Shown: positions 18,848 through 28,489, counted from the stretch's first letter. The stretch: 64,000 nucleotides of DNA from an uncultured Chloroflexia bacterium (GCA_963746845.1 CAVVCZ010000004.1:32001-96000), one strand, 5' to 3'. Notes: generated from the letters alone by a model not told the origin. Numbers and translations: made by a program.

Positions 18848-18994
18848 TGCGCTGGACGCGTCAAACGACCGTCGGCGCCCTGTTCGATCGTCGATCGATG
18901 CGCCGGGTGCATGAACCGGCGCCCGAGACACCGGAATCGGTGGGTTTCGGGCCTCGCGTCCGCCGTTCAGGCGTCGTTTCATGCGCTGGACGCA
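18848..18994. repeat. REP/MITE-like element, copy 2
   Basis: Near-identical length (147 vs 146 bp) and conserved blocks shared with 13363-13508; between convergent genes. Confidence 0.75.
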
Positions 18995-19052
18995 AGACGG
19001 ACCGCCGGGCCGCGGGCGGCCGGGGAGCAGAAACCGGGGAGCGGGCCAGGAC

Positions 19053-19827
19053 CTAGCGGAAGAGGTCGAAGCTCGCGGGCATCAGCCCGTCCGCGATCGA
19101 GCCCTCCCCGAGGAGCGGGTGGGCGCCCCGGACCACGGCCACGGGCCGCCCGCCGACCTTGCCGAGGGCGAGCTCCGCGGCGGACGCGATCTCGTCGGCC
19201 GAGGCGCGGATCGTCGAACGCATCACCCGCCCGTCGGCGTCGACCGTGCCCCGGAGGTCCTCGATCGGGACGAGGCCGGACACGCCGATCGCGACGTCCG
19301 TGATGCCCCACCGCCAGGGCCGTCCGAACGAGTCGGACACGATCACCGGCACGTCCACCCCGAACCGCTCGCGGATCGCCGCGCGGATCGCCCGCGCCGA
19401 CGCGTCCGGGTCCCGTGGCAGGAGCGTCACGATCGACCCGCTGTCCGGCCCGACGTTCGACGCGTCGACGCCGCCGTTTGCGCACACGAAGCCATGGGGC
19501 GTCTCGGTGATCAGCACGCCGTGCTCCATCCGGACGACGCGGCGCGCCTCGCGCAGCACGACCTCGAGCTGGCGCGGATCGCGGTCCCACTGCTCGGCGA
19601 ACGCGACCGCTTCCGGTCGCGGCTCGATCGTCGTCAGGTCGACGATCGCCCCCTCGGCCTTCGAGACGACCTTCTGGGTGACGACGAGCACGTCGTCGGG
19701 TTGGAGCGGCGGGACGCCCGGCGTGCGTTCGATCGGCGTCGCCGATCAGCCGCCCGAGATCGTCGCCCGGGACGACCTCCGGGATGCCGTCGAGGGCGAT
19801 CGCCTCGACCCGGCCCTCAGCGGACAT
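19053..19827 (-). CDS. cofE: Coenzyme F420-0:L-glutamate ligase (apparent +1 frameshift near 19735)
   Basis: IPEVVPGDDL N-terminus in one frame; VVTQKVVSKAEG, CANGGVDASN and DSFGRPWRWG in another; removing one base joins them. Confidence 0.9.
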
Positions 19828-20458
19828 CGACGGGGCGGAGGCTCGCCTCCGCGAGCAGCAGGTCGTCCGGCGTGTCGATGTCGAGGGTGAGCGGCCCGCC
19901 GAGCTCGACCAGGTCCGCGCCCGCGGCTCGCGCCGCCGCGACATGGGCCGCGTGGCTGTCGCCGCCGTAGCAGGTGTCGATCGCGTCCGGCGGCGCGAGG
20001 AGCAAGGCGTTCGTGCCGCGGCCGTGGCGGTCCGCCACGATCGCGACGAGCGGACGCCGGCCCATCGCCAGCGTCGTCAGCACCGCCGCGATCGCCTCGG
20101 GGGTCACGTCCGGCAGGTCGATCGGCAGGATCAGGACCGCGGTCGCGCCGCCGGCGATCGCCTCCGCGCGCCCCGCGTCGATGCCCCGGTTCAGGCCCAC
20201 GTCCCGCTGCCGGAGTGGCCGCGCCCCGAGCTCCGCGGCCAGACGCCGGACGCCGTCGTCCGGCGTCACGACGAGCGTCTCCGCGATCCCGGGCGTCGCG
20301 ACGCAGGCCGCGATCGTCGTGCGGGCCAGGTGAAGCGTCAGCTCCAGGCGCTCCTCGGCGTCGAGCACCGCACCCAGCCGCGACTTCGCGCCGGTGAGCG
20401 CCCCGACCGGGACGATCGCGACCACCCGGCCGGCGTCGGGGGACTCGGGGTTGGGCAT
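19817..20458 (-). CDS. cofC: 2-phospho-L-lactate/phosphoenolpyruvate guanylyltransferase
   Basis: AKSRL, GLN, DLP, GTNALL and DIDTPDDL motifs; adjacent to cofE. Confidence 0.92.
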   Translation of the reverse strand: MPNPESPDAGRVVAIVPVGALTGAKSRLGAVLDAEERLELTLHLARTTIAACVATPGIAETLVVTPDDGVRRLAAELGARPLRQRDVGLNRGIDAGRAEAIAGGATAVLILPIDLPDVTPEAIAAVLTTLAMGRRPLVAIVADRHGRGTNALLLAPPDAIDTCYGGDSHAAHVAAARAAGADLVELGGPLTLDIDTPDDLLLAEASLRPVDVR

Positions 20459-20485
20459 GCCCGAAATCCTAGAGGATGCCGGCGC

Positions 20486-21106
20486 TCAGGCCCATGACAG
20501 CGTGAGCCAGATCGCCGTCAGCCCGAACACGAGCAGGATCGCGCCCGACAGACGGTTCACCCAGAGCAGGATCGTCGGCGTCAGCCGCGTGCGGAGCCGG
20601 CTCACGGCGAACGTCAGGCCGACCCACCACGTCGCCGACCCGAGGAACACCCCGAGCGTGAGGAGCGCCGCCTCCGCGAAGCTGCCGCCGCTCAGCCCGA
20701 GCCCCGCGAAGATCCCGGCGAACGACAGGATCGTCATCGGGTTCGTCATCGTCAGCCCGTAGATCGACAGGAACGCGCCCGGCAGCCCGGGCCGGTCGCG
20801 GACGGCGGCCTCGGTCGTCGCCGGCGTCGCGACCATCGTCCGGATCGCGAGCCAGACGAGGAACGCCCCACCGACGAGCCCGAGCGCCGGCCGCAGCCCG
20901 ACGAGCACGGACGTGACCGCGGTCAGCCCGAACGCCGCAACTCCGCCGTACGATCCGTCGGCGAGGGCGACGCCCATCCCGGACGCAAGGCCGTAGACCC
21001 GCCCGTGGGCGAGCGTGCGCCGGATCACGAGGATGCTGATCGGCCCGACGGCGGCGGCGATCGTGAGCCCGATCGCGAGGCCGCGGGCGAGGAACGTGGG
21101 ATCCAT
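20486..21106 (-). CDS. LysE family translocator
   Basis: GLAIGLTIAAAVGPISILVIRRTL..GLASGMG..AD; LTMTNPMTILSF; ~6 TM. Confidence 0.92.
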   Translation of the reverse strand: MDPTFLARGLAIGLTIAAAVGPISILVIRRTLAHGRVYGLASGMGVALADGSYGGVAAFGLTAVTSVLVGLRPALGLVGGAFLVWLAIRTMVATPATTEAAVRDRPGLPGAFLSIYGLTMTNPMTILSFAGIFAGLGLSGGSFAEAALLTLGVFLGSATWWVGLTFAVSRLRTRLTPTILLWVNRLSGAILLVFGLTAIWLTLSWA

Positions 21107-21161
21107 GCTGGTGACTCCAGTGTGCGTGGTGCCGCCGGCGGTCGGGGGTCCCCTCGGGCAT

Positions 21162-21189
21162 GAAAAGGCCCCCGGCCGAGCCGAGGGCG
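21162..21189 (-). terminator. Intrinsic terminator (attenuator 3:4 stem) upstream of the LysE gene
   Basis: Minus strand GCCCTCGGC-TCG-GCCGGGGGC followed by CTTTTC. Confidence 0.75.
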
Positions 21190-21227
21190 ATGGACCAGAT
21201 TGCGGGCGCCCGATCGGGCGCGCGTCG

Positions 21228-21299
21228 TCAGGCCAGGCTCACCCTCGTCGAGGGCTGCTGCTGGCTCCGGATCGTGCGAGGCGTCGGGATCGAGTGCAC
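21228..21299 (-). CDS. Putative attenuator leader peptide MHSIPTPRTIRSQQQPSTRVSLA (23 aa)
   Basis: GTG lies 6 nt after the -10 box (leaderless); three consecutive CAG codons; TGA at 21228; not in the ORF track. Confidence 0.7.
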   Translation of the reverse strand: MHSIPTPRTIRSQQQPSTRVSLA

Positions 21300-21305
21300 G
21301 GGCGG

Positions 21306-21334
21306 ACTGTGCCGGGTGCGGATCGGCCTGTCAA
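21306..21334 (-). promoter_or_regulatory. Sigma70-type promoter for the leader/LysE transcript
   Basis: TTGACA (21334-21329), 17 nt, CACAGT (21311-21306). Confidence 0.75.
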
Positions 21335-21370
21335 TTCCCCTCGTATCCTCGCGCCAGGAGGTCCGAGACG

Positions 21371-22147
21371 ATGCAGGAACACCAGCCGTTCACATCCGAC
21401 GCCCCCGGCGGACCCACCGCGCCGCCGACGAGCCCGTTCGATGACCCCAGAACGATGCAGATCCTGTCCACGGAACACTGGAGCCTGCTCGCGACCCGTT
21501 CGCTCAGCTGGAACGAGTCGTTCAGCCGGGCCGGCCTGTTCCTGTCGGTCGTGTCCGCCACCGCGGTGGCGCTGGCCCTCGTCGGCCAGGCGACGGACTT
21601 CGGCGAGCAGTTCCTGGCGTTCGCGCTGGTGATGCTGCCGATCGCGCTGTTCGTGGGGCTGGCGACCTTCACCCGGCTCGACGAGGTCAACAACGAGGAC
21701 ATCGTGTGGGTCGCGGGCATGAACCGGATTCGTCATGCCTATGTCGAGATGAACCCCGCCCTCCTCCCGTACTTCATCACCGGCTGGACCGACGACCCAC
21801 CGGGGCTGGAGAGGACCTTCGGGATCCACCGGCCGGGCAGCGCCGCGGCCCACTGGGTGGTCACGATGCCGGGGATGGTCGCGGTGATCGATGGGGTCCT
21901 CGGCGGCCTCGTCGTCGGGCTCGCCCTGAACGGCTTCGGCGGGATGGCGATGTCCGGCTCGATCGCGGCCGGTCTCGTCGTCGGCGTGCTGATCCCGCTG
22001 GTCCTCGCCCTTCGGAGCCGCAGCTCGATCCGCTGGTTCCTCGGCGCGTTCCGGCCGCAGTTCCCGTCGGATGAGGAGTCCCTGTACGACTGGTCAGCGC
22101 CCATCCGCAGCAGCGGCAAGGACGGTCCCGGCAAGGACGGCGCGTGA
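21371..22147 (+). CDS. Conserved hypothetical membrane protein
   Basis: ILSTEHWSLLATRSLSWNESFSR..GMNRIRHAY; ~4 TM; RBS AGGAGG; 3' end overlaps cofD. Confidence 0.75.
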   Translation: MQEHQPFTSDAPGGPTAPPTSPFDDPRTMQILSTEHWSLLATRSLSWNESFSRAGLFLSVVSATAVALALVGQATDFGEQFLAFALVMLPIALFVGLATFTRLDEVNNEDIVWVAGMNRIRHAYVEMNPALLPYFITGWTDDPPGLERTFGIHRPGSAAAHWVVTMPGMVAVIDGVLGGLVVGLALNGFGGMAMSGSIAAGLVVGVLIPLVLALRSRSSIRWFLGAFRPQFPSDEESLYDWSAPIRSSGKDGPGKDGA

Positions 22148-23050
22148 GTCGTCGTCCGTCATGATCGTGTCGGCGACGACCGCCCGGATCCCGAGGGCCT
22201 CCACGTCCGGGGCGAGCGCGGCGTCGACGGTGTCGAGGACGAAGGTGTCGATCAGCCCGGCGTAGGCGCGGGCGACGCCGAGCGCGGTCGGCTCGTGGCC
22301 GAGGCTGGCGAGCATCCGGTCCGCGGGCCCCTTGAGCGCGCGACCGCCGATGATCCCGCTCACCGCAACGATCCGCGCGCCGCGAGCGCGTGCGGCGTCG
22401 AGGCCCGCACGGATCCCGGGGACCGCGAGGATCGGGCCGACCGAGACGATCGGGTTCGACGGCGCGATGACGACGATCTCCGCCGTCGCGAGCGCCGCCT
22501 CGACCTCCGGCGTCGGGCGCGCACGCTCGATCCCCTCGAACCGGACCTCGCGGACCTCCGGCGCCTGGCGGAGCCGGACGAAGTAGTCCTGGAAGTCGAG
22601 CCAGCCCTCGTCCGTCCGGACCCGGGTCCGGACCGGCTCGTCGGTCATCGGCAGGATCGCCGCCCGGACGCCGAGATGCGTCTGGAGGTCGCGGCAGACC
22701 TCGGTCAGGCGGGCGCCATCGCGCAGACGGGCGGTCCGGACGATGTGCGTGGCGAGGTCCTGGTCGCCGAGCCGGAACCAGCCTTCCTCTCCGTACCGCT
22801 CGAGCGCGCCCATCGTCGCCCACGTGTCGCCGGCCAGCCCCCACCCGAACTCGGGGTTCTCGAGGCCCGCGAGCGTGTACATCACCGTGTCGTGGTCGGC
22901 GCAGACGAGCAGCCCATGGCGCTCGGTGTCGTCGGCGGTGTTCACGACGACGGTCAGCCGATCGCCGAGGATCGCCTGGAGACCCTCCGCGAGCTTCGCG
23001 CCACCGACCCCGCCGGCGAGGCAGACGACGGACCCGGGGCCGGCCCACAT
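22094..23050 (-). CDS. cofD: 2-phospho-L-lactate transferase
   Basis: LAGGVGGAKL, VNTADD, DTVMYTLAG, WFRLGDQD, FQDYFV, PSNPIVS, KGPADRM. Confidence 0.95.
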   Translation of the reverse strand: MWAGPGSVVCLAGGVGGAKLAEGLQAILGDRLTVVVNTADDTERHGLLVCADHDTVMYTLAGLENPEFGWGLAGDTWATMGALERYGEEGWFRLGDQDLATHIVRTARLRDGARLTEVCRDLQTHLGVRAAILPMTDEPVRTRVRTDEGWLDFQDYFVRLRQAPEVREVRFEGIERARPTPEVEAALATAEIVVIAPSNPIVSVGPILAVPGIRAGLDAARARGARIVAVSGIIGGRALKGPADRMLASLGHEPTALGVARAYAGLIDTFVLDTVDAALAPDVEALGIRAVVADTIMTDDDSRAVLAGTVLAAAADGR

Positions 23051-23979
23051 CAGGCCAGCGCGGTCCAGACGTCGGGCATCCGCTCGATCGTCTCGCGGTC
23101 GAACGGCGCCGGCAGTCGGACGATCACGGTCGAGAAGCCGAGGTCGCGATACGGGGCGATCGCCTCGGCGATGAGCGACGGCGGGCCGGCGAGATGCGGC
23201 CCGGCGCCCGCGTTCTCGACGCCGTTGGCGTGATAGCGCTCCAGGGCGGCAGCCTCTGCCGCCGCGACCTCGTCGCGGATGATGATCGGGAAGCTGATCG
23301 TCAGCTCGATCTCGCCCCGGTCGCGCCCGACGGCTTCGCAGTGCCCGTCGAGCGTCGCGAGCTTGCCCGTGACCTCGTCGAGCGTGCCGGTCGTGTTCCA
23401 GGCGTCGGCCCGGAGCGCCACGGTCCGAAGCGTCTTCTGCGGCCCGGAGCCGCCGACGAGGATCGGGAGGTGGGCCTGGACGGGTCGCGGCTCGCACAGC
23501 GCGTCGTGGAACGCGTAGAACCGGCCCTCGTGGTCGACCCGCTCACCGTCGAGGAGCCGGCGCAGGAGCATGACCGCCTCGTCGAGCCGATCGAGCCGCT
23601 CGCCGAACCCGGAGCCCCACGTCTCGAACCCGAACGCCTCGTGCTCGCGCTCGAACCAGGCGCCGCCGATGCCCAGCACCGCCCGGCCGTCGCTGACGTG
23701 GTCGAGCGTCGTCGCCAGCTTCGCCGTCAGCCCGGGGTTGCGGAACGTGTTCGCCCCGACCATCAGCCCGAGCCGGATCCGCGAGCTGAGCGCGCCGACG
23801 GCCGACAGGATCGTCCAGCCCTCGAAGATCGGCTGCTCCCACGGCCCGAAGATCGCGTTCAGGTGGTCCCACGTCCAGACCGAGTCCCAGCCGGCCGCCT
23901 CGGCGGCGAGCGCCGTGTCCCGGAACTCGGGCCAGGTCGTGTGCTGCGACCAGAGCTGGGCACCGAACCGCATCGTCAT
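23050..23979 (-). CDS. LLM class (probably F420-dependent) oxidoreductase
   Basis: DSVWTWDH, FEGWT, NTFRNPG, GRAVLGIGGAWFEREH, ILVGGSG. Confidence 0.9.
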   Translation of the reverse strand: MTMRFGAQLWSQHTTWPEFRDTALAAEAAGWDSVWTWDHLNAIFGPWEQPIFEGWTILSAVGALSSRIRLGLMVGANTFRNPGLTAKLATTLDHVSDGRAVLGIGGAWFEREHEAFGFETWGSGFGERLDRLDEAVMLLRRLLDGERVDHEGRFYAFHDALCEPRPVQAHLPILVGGSGPQKTLRTVALRADAWNTTGTLDEVTGKLATLDGHCEAVGRDRGEIELTISFPIIIRDEVAAAEAAALERYHANGVENAGAGPHLAGPPSLIAEAIAPYRDLGFSTVIVRLPAPFDRETIERMPDVWTALA

Positions 23980-24899
23980 CGCTCCTCCGCGTCCAGGTTG
24001 ACGGGACCGTCCGTGATGACCGGGCGATCCGGCGACGGCCGCCATTCGTGGAGCCGGAACCGGCAGTGCTCGCGGAAGCCGATCCGCTCGTAGATCCCGC
24101 GGCCCGCCGGCGACGCCTGGAGGGTCGCGATCCGGAGCCCGGAATCCCGGGCGGCGAGCAGCGCGTGCCGGGTCATCGCCTCGCCGTAGCCGTGGCGACG
24201 GGCGTCCTGGACGGTGATCACGGTGTACACCCCTGCGACACCGGCGCCGGTGTGGATCCGCGCCGTCGCGACACCCCGGCCCTCGACCCGCCCGAGCCAT
24301 CGGGTCGGCAACCCGTTCGGCTCGCGGTACTGCCGCTCGGCGGCGACGATGGCCGTCCCGGCGGCGATGGCACCGATCGCGGTCTCGTCCTCCCAGTCCT
24401 CGGGGAAGCCGTGGGTCAGGACGGCATGAAACTCGTGGAGCGCCGCCCCATCGAGCACCGGTGCGACCTCGAGCTCCCAGGGGGTCGCGACCTCCTCGCC
24501 GCCCGCGAGATCGGCCAGGTCCATCGCCATGCCCGGGATGTCGTCGAGGAACACGATCCCGTGGGCGGAGAGGCGGGCGCTGAGGTCCGCCGGCTGATCG
24601 TCGGGGCACACCCACCAGAGGAAGGGTCGCCCGGCGAACAGCCGGATCGCGTCGTCGATCGCCGCGTCCACGTCCGGGGCGTCCGGCCCGCCGAACCGCG
24701 TCCGGACGACCTCGTTGACGTCCGCTGAGTTCACCTCGGAGGCGTAGGCGAGCATCGCCGGCGTCTCCACCACCCGCTCACCGGGCAGGGCCCGGCGTCG
24801 GATCGCCGAGAGGGTGAAGTCCTCGACGATCGACGCGCGCAACGCATCCGCGGACAGGTCCGTCCGGGCGGGACCGGGCGACGGAGGCGTGAGCGTCAC
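23976..24899 (-). CDS. GNAT family acetyltransferase
   Basis: VAGVYTVITVQDARRHGYG..LQAS..GRGIYERIGF; separate gene although fused in the ORF track. Confidence 0.8.
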   Translation of the reverse strand: MTLTPPSPGPARTDLSADALRASIVEDFTLSAIRRRALPGERVVETPAMLAYASEVNSADVNEVVRTRFGGPDAPDVDAAIDDAIRLFAGRPFLWWVCPDDQPADLSARLSAHGIVFLDDIPGMAMDLADLAGGEEVATPWELEVAPVLDGAALHEFHAVLTHGFPEDWEDETAIGAIAAGTAIVAAERQYREPNGLPTRWLGRVEGRGVATARIHTGAGVAGVYTVITVQDARRHGYGEAMTRHALLAARDSGLRIATLQASPAGRGIYERIGFREHCRFRLHEWRPSPDRPVITDGPVNLDAEER

Positions 24900-24928
24900 G
24901 GCGCGGGACTCACGGCGGGGTCGAGCGG

Positions 24929-25925
24929 CTACGCCGTGAGCTTCGGCAGGACGTCGCGTCCCGAAGACGTCGATCCACTCGGTCTGGTTGCGCCCGACGT
25001 TGTGGAGGTAGATCTGGTCGAAGCCGAGGTCGAGGAACTTCTGGATCTGGGCCCGGTGCTGGTCCGGGTCGGACGAGATCAGCATCCGCCCCTCGAAGTC
25101 CTCCGGACGGACGAGCTTCGCCATCTGCTCGAGGTCCAGCGGGCTCCGGATGTCCTGCTTGGGGAACTTCATCCCGCCGTTCGGCCACTCGGTCATCGCG
25201 TTGGCGAGAGCCTCCTCGTCGGTCGGCGCCCAGGACAGATGGAGCTGGAGGATGTACTTGAAGTCGCCGGGGTCCTTGCCCGCCTCGCGGCAGCCCGCCT
25301 CGCACTGCTCGCGGATGTTCGCCAGCTTGCTCTCCGGCGCGCCGACGGTGATCAGGCCCTCGGCGTACATCCCGGTCTTCTTCGCGGTCACGGGTCCCGC
25401 CGTCGCGATGTAGATCGGCGGCGCCGCGTCGGGCATCGTCCAGAGGCGGGTCGACTCGAGCTTGAAGTACTTGCCGTCGTGCTTGACGTCCCGGCCGCGG
25501 CTGCCGAACAGCTTCTTGATGATCTCGATCGCCTCGAACATCCGGTTGATCCGGTCGGGCGTCTCGGGCCAGTAGCCGGCGACGATGTGCTCGTTGAGCG
25601 CCTCGCCGCTGCCGAGCCCCAGCCAGTGCCGGCCGGGGTACATCGCCGCGAGCGTGGCCGACGCCTGGGCGACGATCGCCGGGTGCATCCGGAAGCTCGG
25701 GCAGGTGACGCCCGGCCCGACGTCGCCCGTCGTGCGCTCGCCGATCGCGGTCATCACGTTCCAGACGAACGCGGCGTTGCCCTGCTGGGGGACCCACGGC
25801 TGGAAGTGATCGGCGGCCATGACGCCCGTGAACCCGGCCCGCTCGGCGTCGACGCAGTAGCCGACGACCTCCTGCGGCCCGAACTGCTCGAGCATCGCGG
25901 CGTAGCCGATCTTCGGGGTGGCCAC
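24929..25925 (-). CDS. F420-dependent LLM oxidoreductase (TIGR03557-like), apparent +1 frameshift at ~24961
   Basis: IGYAAMLEQF, ADHFQPW, GVTCP, LGLGSGEALNEH; removing one G gives the natural end FGRDVLPKLTA*. Confidence 0.88.
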
Positions 25926-25929
25926 GGGG

Positions 25930-26376
25930 TCAGTCCTCCAGGTGGTCGTGGACGCGGTCGATCGCGATCCGGAACGTGATCCGCGGGTAGGCGCGATACG
26001 AGGCCAGATCGTCCGGGTCGGGGCCGCCGGGGTGGTAGCGCCAGGCCAGGGCCTCGATGTCCGCGAGGGCCCGGGCCGGGTCGTCGTCGACGGCATCGAC
26101 GTGGCCCGTCAGCCCGACCCACGAGTAGCCGTCCGGCCCGAGGACCGCGAGCGAGACCCGGCCGTCGCGCCCGAGGTTGGCCGGCCAGAACCGGGTGACG
26201 CGGCTGTTGATGAGGATCCGGCCGTCCGACTCCAGCCCGTACCAGATCACGGCCTGGCGGGGCGCCCCGTTCGCGTCGGTCGTCGCGACGGCGGCGAACA
26301 GGGGTTGCTCGAGGAAGGCGCGGATCCGGTCGGTCAGGGCAGGGGAGGGCAGGGTCGGGCTCTGGGCAGGCTCCAT
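25930..26376 (-). CDS. PPOX class F420-dependent oxidoreductase
   Basis: AAVATTDANGAPRQAVIWY..NLGRDGRVSL; in the F420 cluster. Confidence 0.85.
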   Translation of the reverse strand: MEPAQSPTLPSPALTDRIRAFLEQPLFAAVATTDANGAPRQAVIWYGLESDGRILINSRVTRFWPANLGRDGRVSLAVLGPDGYSWVGLTGHVDAVDDDPARALADIEALAWRYHPGGPDPDDLASYRAYPRITFRIAIDRVHDHLED

Positions 26377-26437
26377 GACCCGATGGTACGCGAGCCGGCC
26401 GCGAGGGGCCGGGGAGGAGATGTCGCCGCGACGCTCC

Positions 26438-27646
26438 TCAGACGATCCGGTCGGCGACCTTGCGCGAGTGCGAGCGGGGATCCGCCTCGCGCACCCGCCG
26501 CCCGATGGCGTGGCGGGCGGCGTCCAGGCGGAGCGTCTCCATCGGCCGCGGCAGCTCCGGGACGATCTTCGGCTTGCCGATCAGGTAGCCCTGGCCGAGA
26601 TCGACGCCCAGCGCCGTCAGCACCGCGAGGTCGGCTCGCCGTTCGATGCCCTCGGCAAGGAGCAGCGCGCCGATCCGGCCGCCGAACGACACGAACGCCT
26701 CGACGAGCGCCTGCTTGGCGTCGTCGCGGGCGATCCCATACGCGATCTCGCGGTCGATCTTGATCACGGACGGGCGGAGCGCCGCGATGAGCGTGAAGCT
26801 CGCGTAGCCCGCGCCGGCGTCGTCGATCGCGAACCCGAACCCGAGCCGCCGGAGCGCCTTGACCTGCTTGACCAGCGGCCCCATGTCGGAGACGGCCTGC
26901 TGCTCCGTGCACTCGAGGGTGATGTGCTTCGGGCTGAGGGTGGCCTCCTTGACCATCTTCGCGAACGCCGACGCCTCGAACTGGGGGTCGAGGAGGCTGG
27001 CCGGGGTGAAGTTGATCGCGAGGTGCAGCGGCGGCTGGCCGGTCGTGCGGCGCTCGGCCTGGAGGGCGGCGACGCGCTCGAGGATCACCCGGACGATGAA
27101 CCCGTCGAGCTCGATCGTCCGGCCCGTGTCGATCGCGGCCTCGACGATGTTGCTGATCGACGTCTGGAGCCCCGGCATCTGCGGCCGGAACAGGCACTCG
27201 TACTCGACGAGGTCGCCCGTCTTCAGGTCGACGATCGGCTGGTAGGCGATCGCGTGGACGTTCCGCAGCGTGAAGAAGTAGTCGAGCATCTTCGTCTGGA
27301 CGACGTGGCTCGACTGGGCCATCCCGATCCGCTCGGCGAGGCCGGACTGCTGGACCGCGGAGGACAGCGCGACGAGATGGCGCTCGCCCTCGGGCAGGGT
27401 CGGGTCGAGGGTGACGAGGCCGTACGCCGGGGAGTGGTTCGCCGCGGCGACCTCCGCCGCGTACGCGTCGGTCAGCTCGTCGGCCGGGCCGATGACGACA
27501 ATGCCCGCGTCCAGCTCGTAGAAGCGGACGCCCGGAAGGTAGGCGACGAGGCGGTGTGCGAACCGCAGGTCGCGCGACCAGAGCAGGCGCTCCTCGCCGT
27601 CCCAGCGCTTCGAACCAACCAGGAACCGCACGGATCTCGACTCCAC
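26438..27646 (-). CDS. EAL domain c-di-GMP phosphodiesterase
   Basis: YQPIVDL, ECL variant of EAL, LECTE, DDAGAGY, IKIDR, AEGIE, QGY; start uncertain. Confidence 0.9.
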   Translation of the reverse strand: MESRSVRFLVGSKRWDGEERLLWSRDLRFAHRLVAYLPGVRFYELDAGIVVIGPADELTDAYAAEVAAANHSPAYGLVTLDPTLPEGERHLVALSSAVQQSGLAERIGMAQSSHVVQTKMLDYFFTLRNVHAIAYQPIVDLKTGDLVEYECLFRPQMPGLQTSISNIVEAAIDTGRTIELDGFIVRVILERVAALQAERRTTGQPPLHLAINFTPASLLDPQFEASAFAKMVKEATLSPKHITLECTEQQAVSDMGPLVKQVKALRRLGFGFAIDDAGAGYASFTLIAALRPSVIKIDREIAYGIARDDAKQALVEAFVSFGGRIGALLLAEGIERRADLAVLTALGVDLGQGYLIGKPKIVPELPRPMETLRLDAARHAIGRRVREADPRSHSRKVADRIV

Positions 27647-27789
27647 TACCCACGGTCGCCGTCTGCGAGGCGCGCCTCACACCGGCCCCGTGGCATCGTA
27701 CGCGCCGCCTGCGAACAGGCGCACAGGACGACGGTCCCATGGGCGACCGGGACTTCGGTTCGGAGTGCGGCGCTTCGCGAGCCTCCGCC

Positions 27790-28479
27790 TCAGCCGAGGC
27801 GTTCGCCGGCGAGGACTTCCAGATCGAGTCGGTTCGACGGCGGCGCCAGCGGGCAGGCCCACTTCGGATCGAACGCGCAGGACGGCTGGAACGCGAAGTT
27901 GAAGTCGAGGACGAGGCTGTTCGGCAGGGCGCCTGGCCCGAGGTCGGCGCTCTTCGCCGCGTCCAGCAGGTAGCGCCCGGCTCCGTACGTCTCGCCGCCG
28001 TTCGTGGCGTCGCGGAACGGGAGGAAGAGGCCGCCGGCATAGCCCTCCATCCAGTACAGCTCGAGCCGGCGCGACCCCGATGGGAACGGGATCGTCACGG
28101 CACCGAACCGGCGGAACGCCATCGCGCCGCCGGCGCTGACCGGGAGGTCGATCGAGAGGCTCGACAGCCCGCCAAGCGCGCCGAGTCCGGGAGCCGGCGC
28201 CGACGGCGGATCCAGCGCCTCGACGACGGCCTCGAAGCGGAGGGCCGGGTCGTGGTCGAAGTAGTGGGCCTCGAAGGTCGCGCGCGCGACGGCCGGGACG
28301 GGCGACTGCGGGTGCTCGCGGTACAGCCGCTCGCGCGTCTCGCGCCAGTGGCGGAGGGCCGCGGCGACGTCGGTCGCGGCCAAGCGTCGGACGTCCGCGT
28401 ACAGCGCGGCCACGGTCCGTCGCCAGTCGGCGAGGGTCAGGGTCGCCTCGACGCCGAGTGTGCTGCCCTCGTCGGTCAC
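27790..28479 (-). CDS. DUF1684 family protein
   Basis: LFLPFRDATNGGETYGAGRYL..LDFNFAFQPSCA..CPLAPPSNRL..AGE. Confidence 0.92.
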   Translation of the reverse strand: MTDEGSTLGVEATLTLADWRRTVAALYADVRRLAATDVAAALRHWRETRERLYREHPQSPVPAVARATFEAHYFDHDPALRFEAVVEALDPPSAPAPGLGALGGLSSLSIDLPVSAGGAMAFRRFGAVTIPFPSGSRRLELYWMEGYAGGLFLPFRDATNGGETYGAGRYLLDAAKSADLGPGALPNSLVLDFNFAFQPSCAFDPKWACPLAPPSNRLDLEVLAGERLG

Positions 28480-28489
28480 GCCGGGAGGC

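Noticed and set aside
19053-19827. cofE as a pseudogene or programmed frameshift
   Set aside because: No slippery sequence or other decay; cofC and cofD are intact; most likely a sequencing insertion
22094-22147. Convergent 3' overlap of cofD and the membrane protein gene
   Set aside because: Short tail-to-tail overlaps are common in high-GC genomes
23976-26096. Apparent LLM oxidoreductase-GNAT fusion (706-aa ORF)
   Set aside because: One extra G near 24961 bypasses the natural end FGRDVLPKLTA*; the same error type occurs three more times in the window
26438-27646. ECL instead of EAL as a sign of a dead phosphodiesterase
   Set aside because: ExL variants are common and the other catalytic motifs are present
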